From positions 4,308,272 to 4,372,271 of the forward strand of contig CP073041.1 in the NCBI GenBank assembly GCA_025370055.1: 64,000 nt of DNA, written 5' to 3'. Each line of letters opens with the position of its first letter. Within the stretch, counting starts at the first letter, position 1. A model generated the notes under the pieces. That model was not told the origin of the DNA, made no database searches, and was given only the letters and a program-made list of their open reading frames with translations. Positions 30,723 through 40,634 of this stretch are shown here, piece by piece. The stretch comes from Woronichinia naegeliana WA131 (GTDB lineage Bacteria; Cyanobacteriota; Cyanobacteriia; Cyanobacteriales; Microcystaceae). The translations under genes were made by a program, and so were the position numbers.

Positions 30723-33278
30723 ATGGTTTATATTCATATCAAAGAAGATGAAGTTGGAATTGTTTATAAAAGATTTGGTCGTCCCTTGCCTGCGGGTCGT
30801 CGAGTTGCCCTCAATGGAGAGAGCGGTTTACAAGCGGAGGTGCTTACCCCTGGACGGCATTTTAATTTGCCTAATGTGGAAATTCGCGTAACTAAGGCAA
30901 TTTTGGTTGCCTCAGATGAAGTGGGACTAGTTGATGCAAAAGATGGGGCGAGCTTACCTCCTGGTGAAAACTTTGGAAAAGTTGTCGAGTGTAAGGATTT
31001 TCAAGATGCTAAAGCATTTATCCATAATGATGGACAAAAAGGAAAACAACGAGCCATTTTGACTAATGGTACTTATTACATCAATACTGAGCTATTCTCT
31101 GTTGAGATGGTTAATGTTGTTCGTATCCGTGAAGACGAAGTAGGACTCGTGGAAGCTAGGGATGGTAAACCTCTACCGCCAGGTCAAGCCTTTGCTAAGT
31201 TTGTAGAATGCAATAATTTTCAAAATGCCCAAGCTTTTTTTGATAATGGTGGTCAAAGCGGTAAACAACTGACAATTTTAACCGCTAATACCTATCAGAT
31301 TAATACCAATATCTTTAAAGTAAAAAGGGTAAAATGTATTCGCATTGCGGAAGATCAAGTGGGATTGGTTCGGGCTACCTTTGGCAAGCCGCTACCCACA
31401 ACCCGAACTTTTGGTAAGGTTGTTGAATGCAATAATTTTCAAGATGCTCAAGCTTTTATCAGTGGTGGTGGCGAAAGTGGTAAGCAATTAACCTTTTTAA
31501 CGCCTGGGACTTATCAACTTAATACCGATTTATTTGAAGTTAAAATTGATTCAGTCACCAAGGTTCCCCACGGAGAAATTGGTTTAGTTGTTGCTAACGG
31601 TGGGGAAACCCGTCCCGAAGATAAAAATTTAGGTAAAGTTGTTGAATGCCAAAATTTTGAATCTGCTGAAGCTTTCATTAAAAATGGCGGTGAAAGTGGC
31701 AAACAATTGGCAGTTCTACCCGCCAGAACTTATCAGATTAATACCGACTTGTTTACTGTCATTACTTCCGCTAATGCTACTCAGCATAATGTCAACCCCG
31801 AAGAATTGAAAGTTTATACTGTAGGCAAAGACAAAATTGGTATTGTTACGACACTTGAAGGAAAAACACTTCCTGAAGGAGAAATTGCTGGCCCTATTAT
31901 TCAAGGTCACGATAATTTTCAAAAACCACAAAAATTTATCGAGGCTGGGGGATATAAAGGCTTACAACAGGAATTTTTGCAGGAAGGTTCATGGACTCTC
32001 AATCCTTGGTTTGTTCGTGTTGAACAAGTACCATTGGTTGAAATTCTTGCCGAACAAGTCGGGGTGATTATTTCTTATGTCGGCAAAAGTGACGAGTCAA
32101 AAAATGATGATCGACTTTCAGAAGATGGGGAAAAAGGCATACAGCGCAAGCCTCTTCTGCCAGGAAAATATTCTATAAACAAAAGAATTAAAAATGTTCA
32201 TGTTGTCCCTACCAACGAAATTATCTTGGAGTGGTCTAAGTCGGAGGGAAAAGCTGAGGATAACTACGATAAAATCCTTGAGCCATTACAACTTCGATCA
32301 AAAGATGGCTTTGTTTTTCAGTTGGAATTAACTCAGACTATCTGCATAGCAGTAGAAGATGCCCCACAAATGATTCTCAAAGTCGGTGCTCAAGTAATTG
32401 ATCCTTTGATCTTAGAGTATTCTAATGCTCTTGATGGCAACGATAAGAAACTTGTCAAATCTCCTGCCATCAAAAATTTAGTCGGTAGAGTTTTGGCCCC
32501 TCTAGTTAACTCTTATTTTCAGAATGCGGCTCAGTATTTTGAGGCTCTTGATTTTTTCAGTAAGCGAAATGCTATTCAAAAGCATGCGGCAGATTTTATT
32601 AAAAAGGCACTTAATGATTATGGCGTACAGTCAATCCAGACTTTGATTACAGACATTGATTTGCCTGATGAATTGGAGGAGCTATTAAGAGAGCGTCAAA
32701 TTCTGCAACAACAAGCTGAGAATTATAAACAACAAGAGTTAACCGAGCAAGTACGTAAGTCCCTCATCAAACAGCAAGAGGAAAACAAGGCTCAAACCAA
32801 GTTAGTTGAGGCTCAAAGTAATTTAGAGGTAGCAGATCTTAATAATAAAGCTAAACTTAAGGAATCACAAGTAGATGTACAAATCCAACAAGAAAAAAAT
32901 AATCTTGAGGCAGAACGGATGCGGGCAGAGTCTGAAATTAAAACTAATGAAGACAAGAAAATGAATGAAAATCGTTTGCAAGAACTTCATGATAAAGTTG
33001 AAAAATACGGTCCTGAAAGGGCTGCCCGATTGGAATCAGAAGAAAAATGGGCTAAAGCATTCGCTGAAACTAAAATGAAATTTCCAGAAATTGTTATTCA
33101 AGGAGGTAATAGCGGCGGCGGAAATTCTAGTGGAGGAGGAATGGCAGAATCCTCTGCTATGTGGATGATGGTCATAGAAAACATGAGAGATTTGCAGAAA
33201 TCAAAAAGACAAAATGATCAAATTAATACGCTACAAGGAAATGAAGTTGAAGTTCAACCCCGTTCTGAAGATGATTAA
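30723..33278 (+). CDS. SPFH/flotillin-like protein (851 aa) with five tandem ~72-aa N-terminal modules, an SPFH core, a long E/Q/K-rich coiled coil and a Gly/Ser-rich tail
   Basis: Repeated module EDEVGLV.A.DGKPLPPG..F.K.VEC.NFQ.AQAF...GG.SGKQL..L....Y.INT.LF.V (x5); SPFH start-type motif; flotillin-like EA-rich coiled coil (...LEAERMRAESE...). Confidence 0.6.
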   Translation: MVYIHIKEDEVGIVYKRFGRPLPAGRRVALNGESGLQAEVLTPGRHFNLPNVEIRVTKAILVASDEVGLVDAKDGASLPPGENFGKVVECKDFQDAKAFIHNDGQKGKQRAILTNGTYYINTELFSVEMVNVVRIREDEVGLVEARDGKPLPPGQAFAKFVECNNFQNAQAFFDNGGQSGKQLTILTANTYQINTNIFKVKRVKCIRIAEDQVGLVRATFGKPLPTTRTFGKVVECNNFQDAQAFISGGGESGKQLTFLTPGTYQLNTDLFEVKIDSVTKVPHGEIGLVVANGGETRPEDKNLGKVVECQNFESAEAFIKNGGESGKQLAVLPARTYQINTDLFTVITSANATQHNVNPEELKVYTVGKDKIGIVTTLEGKTLPEGEIAGPIIQGHDNFQKPQKFIEAGGYKGLQQEFLQEGSWTLNPWFVRVEQVPLVEILAEQVGVIISYVGKSDESKNDDRLSEDGEKGIQRKPLLPGKYSINKRIKNVHVVPTNEIILEWSKSEGKAEDNYDKILEPLQLRSKDGFVFQLELTQTICIAVEDAPQMILKVGAQVIDPLILEYSNALDGNDKKLVKSPAIKNLVGRVLAPLVNSYFQNAAQYFEALDFFSKRNAIQKHAADFIKKALNDYGVQSIQTLITDIDLPDELEELLRERQILQQQAENYKQQELTEQVRKSLIKQQEENKAQTKLVEAQSNLEVADLNNKAKLKESQVDVQIQQEKNNLEAERMRAESEIKTNEDKKMNENRLQELHDKVEKYGPERAARLESEEKWAKAFAETKMKFPEIVIQGGNSGGGNSSGGGMAESSAMWMMVIENMRDLQKSKRQNDQINTLQGNEVEVQPRSEDD

Positions 33279-33304
33279 ATTCAGAGAGTGTTAATTCCTT
33301 TATT

Positions 33305-34606
33305 TTGTCCCTGACTAAATTAAGCGGAGTGATTGTTAACAAAGGTAATCAAGTGCCAACTAAAATACGACTCAATTCTGTACAAAAATTTTTAATTTGG
33401 TCTGCTGGTGCAGATCAAGAAGTTTTGTCTCAAGAAAGTTGCCGAACAGAAAGGTATAAATATGAATCTATCGGCACAACCGTTGTTCTGACTGCGATAA
33501 TGGCTTTTTGTTCAGGAGGCTATGCACTTTTTACGGTTTTCGGCTCTTTGAAAATTTCAATTTCTTTGGGTTTTATTTGGGCTAACATAATTTTCAATTT
33601 AGATCGCTTTTTTATCCTAACAGCTAGTCAAAATAAATCTTCATCAAAACTGCAATTTTGGGGAGGAGCCACTACTCGCTTAACCATAGCGATTCTTTTA
33701 GGTTTTATCGTTGCTAAACCTCTGGAGTTAAGATTATTTGAAAGTGAAATCAATCAAAAAATTAGTCAACAGAGAAGAGAAAGAGAAAGACAAGAAAGCA
33801 TAAACGATCAGAAGACTCCATATGCCCAAAGAATTAATGAAATAAATCAGATACTCAAAGATAAAACAAAAGAAAGAGAGCAACTTTCACTATCTTTACA
33901 ACAAGCGCGTAGAAATGCGATAGAAGAAAGAGAAGGCAAAGGTAGAACAGGCAAGCCTGGTAAAGGCACTATTTACGAAGAAAAAAAAGAGCTTGTAAAA
34001 AATTTAGAGCAGGAATTCGCCTCTTTAAAGCAAGAAGTTCAAGACTTAAATAATGAAAAAAGTGATTTGCTAGAAAAGCAGCGATCAAAATCAAATAAAC
34101 CTCAACTACCTCAACAGCAATGGCAAGAAGGAAGTCTTTTAGATCGTATCTCAGCCCTAGAAGCATTATCGAAAAATGATTCTGCTATTTTATACACAAA
34201 TTGGTTGATAACTGTTTTATTAATTATTATTGAAATTTCTCCAGTTCTTGTAAAAATCTTGTCGAAAGAAGGCGTTTATGAAAAACTGCTTAAGAAAGAA
34301 ACTATCTATAGAATGGATCAAGAAAATCTTGCCAGAATTACAGAAAAAGAACTCTTAAAAATGAAGGAATTAAAGGATTTTCAGCTAAAAGTTGACGACT
34401 TAATGTTTGAATACATTCGACTTAGAGAAAGAAATAGAGAAAAAATTGAAAATATAGAAATCAATGATGCAAAAAAGTTTTATCAGGAATACGATGAAGA
34501 AACTGCTAAATTTATCAAATTATGTCAAGAGCGAGTAACTCATTACAAATCTTTAGTGGAGCAAACTCTATTTTTGGATAAAGATAATGAGCTTTTTAAA
34601 AATTGA
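33305..34606 (+). CDS. Membrane protein with two TM helices flanking a long coiled coil (DUF4407-like architecture)
   Basis: Hydrophobic segments (TVVLTAIMAFCSGGYALFTVFG; TRLTIAILLGFIVA; LITVLLIIIEISPVLV) and a K/E/Q-rich coiled coil. TTG/alternative start; 27-bp gap after the flotillin-like gene. Confidence 0.45.
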   Translation: MSLTKLSGVIVNKGNQVPTKIRLNSVQKFLIWSAGADQEVLSQESCRTERYKYESIGTTVVLTAIMAFCSGGYALFTVFGSLKISISLGFIWANIIFNLDRFFILTASQNKSSSKLQFWGGATTRLTIAILLGFIVAKPLELRLFESEINQKISQQRRERERQESINDQKTPYAQRINEINQILKDKTKEREQLSLSLQQARRNAIEEREGKGRTGKPGKGTIYEEKKELVKNLEQEFASLKQEVQDLNNEKSDLLEKQRSKSNKPQLPQQQWQEGSLLDRISALEALSKNDSAILYTNWLITVLLIIIEISPVLVKILSKEGVYEKLLKKETIYRMDQENLARITEKELLKMKELKDFQLKVDDLMFEYIRLRERNREKIENIEINDAKKFYQEYDEETAKFIKLCQERVTHYKSLVEQTLFLDKDNELFKN

Positions 34607-34728
34607 TATTAATCTCTCAAATTGCGGTTCTCTATTTTGTTTTAAAGGGTGATCCTGTTTAGAGTGTAGAGTTAAGAGGCGATCACAAGCTGAAAAAATG
34701 TGTTAAATTAGCGATATATGAGTCTAAT

Positions 34729-35001
34729 TTGGCAAGAAAAATGGAAATCACCCTCAATCTCAGTGACGAACAATGGCAAAAAATAACCTTTATCCAACAG
34801 CATAGTTCAGAAAATATTCTAGCTTTACTAGAAATAACTATCAATCAACAATACGAAAAACTTCAGGTAGCTGATCCTGATCCCATCAAAGGATGGCAAG
34901 AAAGTGGCTTTATTGGCTGCGGAAAAGGTGATGCCAACCTTTCAACTAATTATAAAGAAATATTGAAAGAATTTTGGTCTGAAAAACATGATTATAGTTG
35001 A
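34729..35001 (+). CDS. Small putative antitoxin (90 aa)
   Basis: Followed immediately by a PIN-like remnant. Confidence 0.35.
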   Translation: MARKMEITLNLSDEQWQKITFIQQHSSENILALLEITINQQYEKLQVADPDPIKGWQESGFIGCGKGDANLSTNYKEILKEFWSEKHDYS

Positions 35002-35142
35002 CACAGGTTTTTGGTTAGCTCTTGCGAACCAAGACGATGCTGAATATCTAGGTCATGGGCGAATTTTTACCTGCGATCGCCGAAATTTTTTAACCTATCG
35101 CTGGAATAATACCCATACTTTTGAAAATTTATTTTTAGATTA
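34997..35142 (+). pseudogene. Truncated VapC/PIN toxin remnant (about 48 codons; N- and C-terminal PIN motifs only)
   Basis: Translation IVDTGFWLALANQDDAEY...FTCDRRNFLTY... has PIN N-terminal (D in IVDTG) and C-terminal (D in CDRRNF) hallmarks without the central region. Confidence 0.35.
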
Positions 35143-35197
35143 AAGCCCTTCGTGAATTTTTAATAACTATCAATTAATTATGGATAATGGACAATTG

Positions 35198-36473
35198 GGC
35201 ACTGGTATCGTCTAGCTAGAAGCTATAAACGTTGCAATACAAGAGGTTCAACAAATCAGGCGAATTTGGAGTAAGTCCTCCCAAGTTAACCCTTTTTGAA
35301 TTATACCGAGAGCTACCGCAGGAACTTTTTTCGTCGTAAAATGGCTGCGAACAAAGTTATGAACCATCCAGAAAATATCTAGCACTCGCTGTAATCCCAC
35401 AACAGATTTAGCATAAGTATTTGTTCGACGACGAAAGGCGGCTAAATAGCGTCGTAGAGAACTATTAAATGCCTCAACGTGGTTGGCATGAACATCCTTG
35501 TCTTCTGGTTTTTCTGTTGTCTCAGGATGTTCAGTTTTCGGAGTTTCTACTTTCTCTAGTTTACCCTCAGAATCTCGACGTTTACTACTCTTATTTTTTA
35601 ATCTTACCACCATACCCTTCGGTAATACTTTGGTGGGACGACCTCGCTTCCCAGTCCTTAATACTTCGTGACAAATATTAAATAGCAGTTGACTATATCG
35701 CTTTTCTCCATCTGTAAATAACTGGAGAGATTCTGCACTCCTTTCAAATAATTCCGCTACCGTCATCATTGCTTCTAGAAATAATTTCTGCTCTTTTTTA
35801 CCACATTTTAAATGCCAAATAAAGCGGCTAGCCCTGTCCATGAGCACGATTGTCCACCCCTCAGAGGCACTTGCTTCTTTATTTTTTCCAACTTTTGTGT
35901 ATAGTTCATCCCCTTCTATTACTAATTTAACAAATTCATTCACTAAGGCGTATAAAAATAATGTCTCTTGTAATCCTGATAATTTCTTTTCCCAATTCAA
36001 TATTGTTGTTTTTGCGTAGCCGAATACTCGGGCTGCTGCATTTAATCCTATTCCTTCCATTCTGGCTTTTAATACTTTTACAATTTCACTTAATGGGGTT
36101 TCTAAGCCAGCGATTACGCTACCATAAGTCTCAGCAAAACAAGAACCACATTCTTGACAGATGAACATTTTACGTTCCCCGTTACCTTTCGTTTGGTAAT
36201 GAGAATGTATTTTTACTTTTTCACTATAGCAATGAGGGCAGTTTTTCTGAAATAAGGCTTCCTCTTTCTCTTGAGGTAAGCCAATATCACTTAGGAGGTC
36301 AATTGAGCTTTTATTCAATGTTGACATTGCTTTCCGTTTTCCCTTTCTTTAATATAATGACAATAATAATAGTATAACAAAAACGGGAATATGTCCAGTC
36401 GTAAGTTATTTTCTATTTTCTCAAACTCTTACACCATAACTTTTTCTAGCTTTGATCACACGATACCAGTACC
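35198..36473 (-). mobile_element. IS1-family insertion sequence (1276 bp), imperfect terminal IRs GG(C/T)ACTGGTATCGT..., 8-bp TSD GACAATTG (35190-35197 / 36474-36481)
   Basis: IRs and TSD read directly; a single-ORF IS1-type transposase lies inside. Confidence 0.8.
35248..36327 (-). CDS. IS1-family transposase (single-ORF type: N-terminal zinc finger plus InsB-like DDE domain)
   Basis: CPHCYSEK...CQECGSCF zinc finger; DELYTKVGKNKE...W...DR.SR...TDGEKRY... similar to IS1 InsB DEMW..VG.KK..WL....DR...TDGW.LY. Confidence 0.7.
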   Translation of the reverse strand: MSTLNKSSIDLLSDIGLPQEKEEALFQKNCPHCYSEKVKIHSHYQTKGNGERKMFICQECGSCFAETYGSVIAGLETPLSEIVKVLKARMEGIGLNAAARVFGYAKTTILNWEKKLSGLQETLFLYALVNEFVKLVIEGDELYTKVGKNKEASASEGWTIVLMDRASRFIWHLKCGKKEQKLFLEAMMTVAELFERSAESLQLFTDGEKRYSQLLFNICHEVLRTGKRGRPTKVLPKGMVVRLKNKSSKRRDSEGKLEKVETPKTEHPETTEKPEDKDVHANHVEAFNSSLRRYLAAFRRRTNTYAKSVVGLQRVLDIFWMVHNFVRSHFTTKKVPAVALGIIQKGLTWEDLLQIRLIC

Positions 36474-36789
36474 GACAATTGACAATGGACAATTATCAAC
36501 TATTCATTATCAACTATCAATTATTCACTAATCGGCGATCGCATTTTTTCTAACTGAGAAGAGGCGATCGCGTTTAGATTAAAGATCGTCTGTTGTGCAA
36601 TAAGCTATTAACAAAAACAATGATCTTTATTACTGCTTACCTCTCTCGCCGTATAAACTCCCTCAACAAACGCAAAGAACTATGGTCACGACACCCTTAA
36701 GCCCTCTCAAAATTTCAGGCTATCTTAACCTCGCTAAGGCCATTAAAAGCCTTTAATGATTTGATTATATTGTAAAGAGATAGACTGAT

Positions 36790-38256
36790 CTATTCGGCAG
36801 CAAGACTCTTCGCATATTGACTGGTAATGATCGCAATTAAGAACCACCAAAGCGTACTGACTTGAGGACGATACCAAACGGTGTCAACACAACCATGAAT
36901 CATTAAGCCAATCATGCCAGCGATCGCGGCCATAATCCAGAATCCTTCCCGACTAGGAGATTGACGAAGGCGTTTAATTTGTTGAATACCCTGGTTAAAC
37001 GTTACGGTCAATAACCAAATAAAACAAGAAAAACCAATAATGCCCGTCTCTACCAAAATTTCTAAATAAATCGAATAGGCACTCAAGGCACTATATTTAG
37101 GTCGCATATAAAGGGGATAAATTTTATTAAACGCACTGTTACCAGGGCCAATCCCCAAAATCGGGCGATCACGGATCATACTTCTGACCCCTTCCCAAAC
37201 ATTAATCCGAAAGTTATTACTACTATCATTGCGTCCGGCAAAAATACTGAAAACCCTTGTCCGTAACGGAGCAACTAAGAGTAAACCCAAGCCGACCAGC
37301 ACCACCACTGAAGCGATCGCGCTAGGCAATAACCATTTTTGCCAAAAGGGAGAAAGATAGGGCTTCCACCACAGATAGGAAAGAATTAAAAAGGTGAGAA
37401 AAACCCCCACCAATCCCAGCCAACCACCCCGACTTTGGGTGAAAAATAGACAACAAACATCCACAACGACCATCGTAATTGCTAATACTTTAGGAAGCCA
37501 GCGTTGCCAAACAAAGAAAGCTGCAATACTCAAAGAGATCATCGGCAGTAAATAGGCGGCTAACAAATTGGGATTGCCCAGATAACTATAAACCCGCGTT
37601 GCTCCGGCCATATCCGAGGTCGGATCATTCCAGGTGGCTAATTGTTCAACCCCATCAAACTGTTGCTTAATCCCGTAGGCTCCAACTGCCAATCCAACCA
37701 TTAGAATAACGGTAATAATGCGATTTAACAGGGAATTATTCCGCAAAATCCGAGAAGCCAGGGCAAAAAAGACCATATTTAAGGTTAATTTACCCAGCCC
37801 TACTAAAGCCGCCATTTTCACCGGCGAAAAACCTACCGCGATCGCCGAAATCCCCCAATAGAGAATAACTAACAGATGAATAGGGGTTAAGCCATTGGGT
37901 TTCCTATCGGCAAGGGTCAGCAATCCCCAATAGAATCCGGTCGCTGCCATGATTAAACCGATCAGCCCCGTCGAGACAAAAGGACTGAGCAGAAAGACAC
38001 CACTAATTAACAGTGCACCCAAGCCTTCTGACCACTGCCATAGTCCACTGTAGGTCGTCCAATGGGATAACAGACCAACCAAGCGGTGAATGTAACTCCC
38101 ACTACGCCACTCAGACGGAGAAAATCCTTGAAACGTGATTTGCTGCCAAACCGAATTCATTAGTACATCAAGCCGATAATGAGCGGTGTAATTATAGCCT
38201 AGATTAGGTAAGGCATTCGCATTCAGATCGAGATAGTTCAAGCGATCAGCAACCAT
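36790..38256 (-). CDS. O-antigen ligase/polymerase (Wzy_C) family polytopic membrane protein
   Basis: About 12 TM segments; a periplasmic loop contains FFTQSRGGWLGL, typical of O-antigen-ligase domain proteins. Confidence 0.6.
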   Translation of the reverse strand: MVADRLNYLDLNANALPNLGYNYTAHYRLDVLMNSVWQQITFQGFSPSEWRSGSYIHRLVGLLSHWTTYSGLWQWSEGLGALLISGVFLLSPFVSTGLIGLIMAATGFYWGLLTLADRKPNGLTPIHLLVILYWGISAIAVGFSPVKMAALVGLGKLTLNMVFFALASRILRNNSLLNRIITVILMVGLAVGAYGIKQQFDGVEQLATWNDPTSDMAGATRVYSYLGNPNLLAAYLLPMISLSIAAFFVWQRWLPKVLAITMVVVDVCCLFFTQSRGGWLGLVGVFLTFLILSYLWWKPYLSPFWQKWLLPSAIASVVVLVGLGLLLVAPLRTRVFSIFAGRNDSSNNFRINVWEGVRSMIRDRPILGIGPGNSAFNKIYPLYMRPKYSALSAYSIYLEILVETGIIGFSCFIWLLTVTFNQGIQQIKRLRQSPSREGFWIMAAIAGMIGLMIHGCVDTVWYRPQVSTLWWFLIAIITSQYAKSLAAE

Positions 38257-38401
38257 CCCAACCGTTTAGCCGCACCACCAGCGCGACAATCAGTGCCACC
38301 ACAACAGTGGGTGTGTCCGTCCATCAGCCTTTTTTCTTTAACTTGATGAGATGTTTTTCGTTTTTAAGGGGAGACGGTCTCTAAAATCTCCCCGATCGCC
38401 G

Positions 38402-39964
38402 TTATTCTTCTATGGTTTTATCTCGAACCCCGCGCACAATCCGAGACAGTTCCGATTTTTCATCCACACTAATGCGAGTGGGCGAACCACTAATAATGCG
38501 CTCATAGTTACGGAAAGAGTCCTTGATATCGGGGCCATCATGACTAATGGTATATTCCCGAATGCCTTTATCATGCCAAGAGCCGCGCATTTTAAAGACG
38601 TTAATGGCACGAGACATTTCGCCCCGAATTTCTACGTATTGCAGCATGATAATAGTGTCGGTAATGGTTGAAATATGGGATTCCGTAATGGAATGGGCCC
38701 CCATAAATTGGTCGGTTGTGTTGGTGAAAAAGCCGGTAATTTCCTCCTGTTTAGCATAGCCTGTCACTCCAATGACAAACTGACGGAAGGCATTGTTGGT
38801 AACACCTCTGGCTAAAGCGGAGAGAGAATCAATGGCAATACGGGAAGGTTTAAACTCAGAAATTTCAGATTTGATCATTTGTAAGTGATCCTCTAGCCCG
38901 GCTGACTCAGGATAGGTACAGAGTAACTTTAATAATCCTTTTTGCTCCATTTCCTCAAAGTCAATGCCCCAGGAAGAGGCGTTACGCGATAATTGGGCTC
39001 GTGATTCTTCATAGGCAAATAAAATTGCCCGTTCTCCCTGACGACAACCTTCCTGTAAAAATTTGCTGACCAATAGGGTTTTGCCGGTTCCCGTTGCCCC
39101 CGTTGCTAAAATAATTGAATCTTTAAAAAAGCCGCCACCACACATTTCATCCAAGGTTTTGACACCAGAAGAAATGCGTGTGTTTGAGGATCGTTGAGTC
39201 AGACGCATAGCACCTAGGGGGAAAATGTTAATACCGTCATGGGTAATCGTAAAGGGATATTCCCCTTTCATGTGGGTTGTCCCCCGCAATTTTAAAATTT
39301 CAACGGTTCTTCTTCTGCGTTCGCCCTCTAAAACATTTCGCAAAATGACAACGTTATCTGATACAAATTCTTCCACTCCAAAACGGGCGATCGCGCCATA
39401 TTCTTCGATCCGTTCAGTGGTCATGATTGAGGTGACATTCAGTTGTTTGAGGCGGGCTACGAGGCGAAAAATTTCTCGTCTCACCACGGAAGCGGCATCA
39501 TATTGTTGAAAAACGGCTGTTACAGAGTCAATAGAGACTAATTTCGCCTTATATTTACGAATAGCGTACTGAATCCGTTCAATTAAGGCCGAAAGATCAA
39601 AACTGCCCACCACTTCTTGCCCTTCAGGATCGGGAGAGGCATCTAAAATAAATAATTTGCCATCATCAATTAATTTTTGCAAATCCCAACCAAAACTATA
39701 GGCATTTTGAATAATATCGGTGGGAGATTCTTCAAAGGTGATAAAAAGACCCGGATAGTCAAAATGATGAATGCCATGATAGAGAAATTGAACGGCGAGC
39801 AGTGTTTTTCCAGTCCCTGATGTGCCGCTAACTAAGGTTGTTCGTCCAATCGGCAGGCCACCATGAGTAATTTCATCAAATCCTTCAATAATTGTCCGAA
39901 TTTTCTGAACTCCTTTGCGAGGGGTTTCAGCCGGTTCAGTCGTATTTAAAATAGATTGGTTCAT
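38402..39964 (-). CDS. kaiC: Circadian clock protein KaiC
   Basis: 520 aa, duplicated RecA-like domains with Walker A GTSGTGKT and GATGTGKT; full-length KaiC organisation. Confidence 0.95.
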   Translation of the reverse strand: MNQSILNTTEPAETPRKGVQKIRTIIEGFDEITHGGLPIGRTTLVSGTSGTGKTLLAVQFLYHGIHHFDYPGLFITFEESPTDIIQNAYSFGWDLQKLIDDGKLFILDASPDPEGQEVVGSFDLSALIERIQYAIRKYKAKLVSIDSVTAVFQQYDAASVVRREIFRLVARLKQLNVTSIMTTERIEEYGAIARFGVEEFVSDNVVILRNVLEGERRRRTVEILKLRGTTHMKGEYPFTITHDGINIFPLGAMRLTQRSSNTRISSGVKTLDEMCGGGFFKDSIILATGATGTGKTLLVSKFLQEGCRQGERAILFAYEESRAQLSRNASSWGIDFEEMEQKGLLKLLCTYPESAGLEDHLQMIKSEISEFKPSRIAIDSLSALARGVTNNAFRQFVIGVTGYAKQEEITGFFTNTTDQFMGAHSITESHISTITDTIIMLQYVEIRGEMSRAINVFKMRGSWHDKGIREYTISHDGPDIKDSFRNYERIISGSPTRISVDEKSELSRIVRGVRDKTIEE

Positions 39965-40186
39965 TGTACATTTTTATTAAGGTGTTATAAAGTATTTACA
40001 GCTTATCGCGGTTCAGTCATTGTACGATTGCGTCGTAGAGCCTGAATCCCTTTCCCTTCTACAGTGTAAGTGATAAGACTGCAATACCCCCGTATCGTTT
40101 TGCGGCTATTGACTTTGGCTATTTTAAAATAAAGTTTTTATTGAAGTTTGCGAACTAATCCCAAAACAGGGGATTAAGGATGAAGA

Positions 40187-40501
40187 CTAGAGTTCATTTT
40201 CTCGTTCACGAATTTCATCGTAAAGGAGATCTAAGCCAATGAGGACTTTTTCTCTATCTGAGAGATCGCCAATAATTTTACGAACGGGAGGGGGTAAGAC
40301 TTTCGCTAAGGTGGGGGTCGCTAAAATTTTATCTTCCTCTGCCAGTTGGGGATTTTTGAGTACATCGATAACTTTCAGGGCATAAACCCCTTTAAATTCC
40401 TGTTCTAAAATTGTCTTTAAGGTTTTTAAGGCTCGAACTGAGTTAGGGGTATTCCCAGCGACATAGAGTTTGAGAACATAAGTTTTTTTGAAATTACTCA
40501 T
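40187..40501 (-). CDS. kaiB: Circadian clock protein KaiB
   Basis: 104 aa; [14 protein letters not shown]...[21 protein letters not shown] is the KaiB thioredoxin-like signature; immediately upstream of kaiC. Confidence 0.95.
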   Translation of the reverse strand: MSNFKKTYVLKLYVAGNTPNSVRALKTLKTILEQEFKGVYALKVIDVLKNPQLAEEDKILATPTLAKVLPPPVRKIIGDLSDREKVLIGLDLLYDEIRERENEL

Positions 40502-40634
40502 TGTTAATGATCCTGAGGTTTTCGCTAGCCGCTAAAAATAAAGGATAAGAGTCTAAGTATAAAGGTGAGCAAGGAATAGGTTTAGGATAACGTAAATTAG
40601 TCCGTTTGATAGAAAACATCAAAGGGAATATCTT
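40502..40634 (-). promoter_or_regulatory. Residual native kaiBC upstream region (~133 bp) between the kaiB start and the IS end
   Basis: Location only: in cyanobacteria kaiBC is transcribed from a promoter upstream of kaiB. Here the IS terminus lies 134 bp upstream of the kaiB ATG. Confidence 0.3.

Noticed and set aside
38351-39509. Small ORFs overlapping kaiC on either strand (38351, 38410, 38547, 39225)
   Set aside because: They lie inside the kaiC coding sequence; KaiC is unambiguous.
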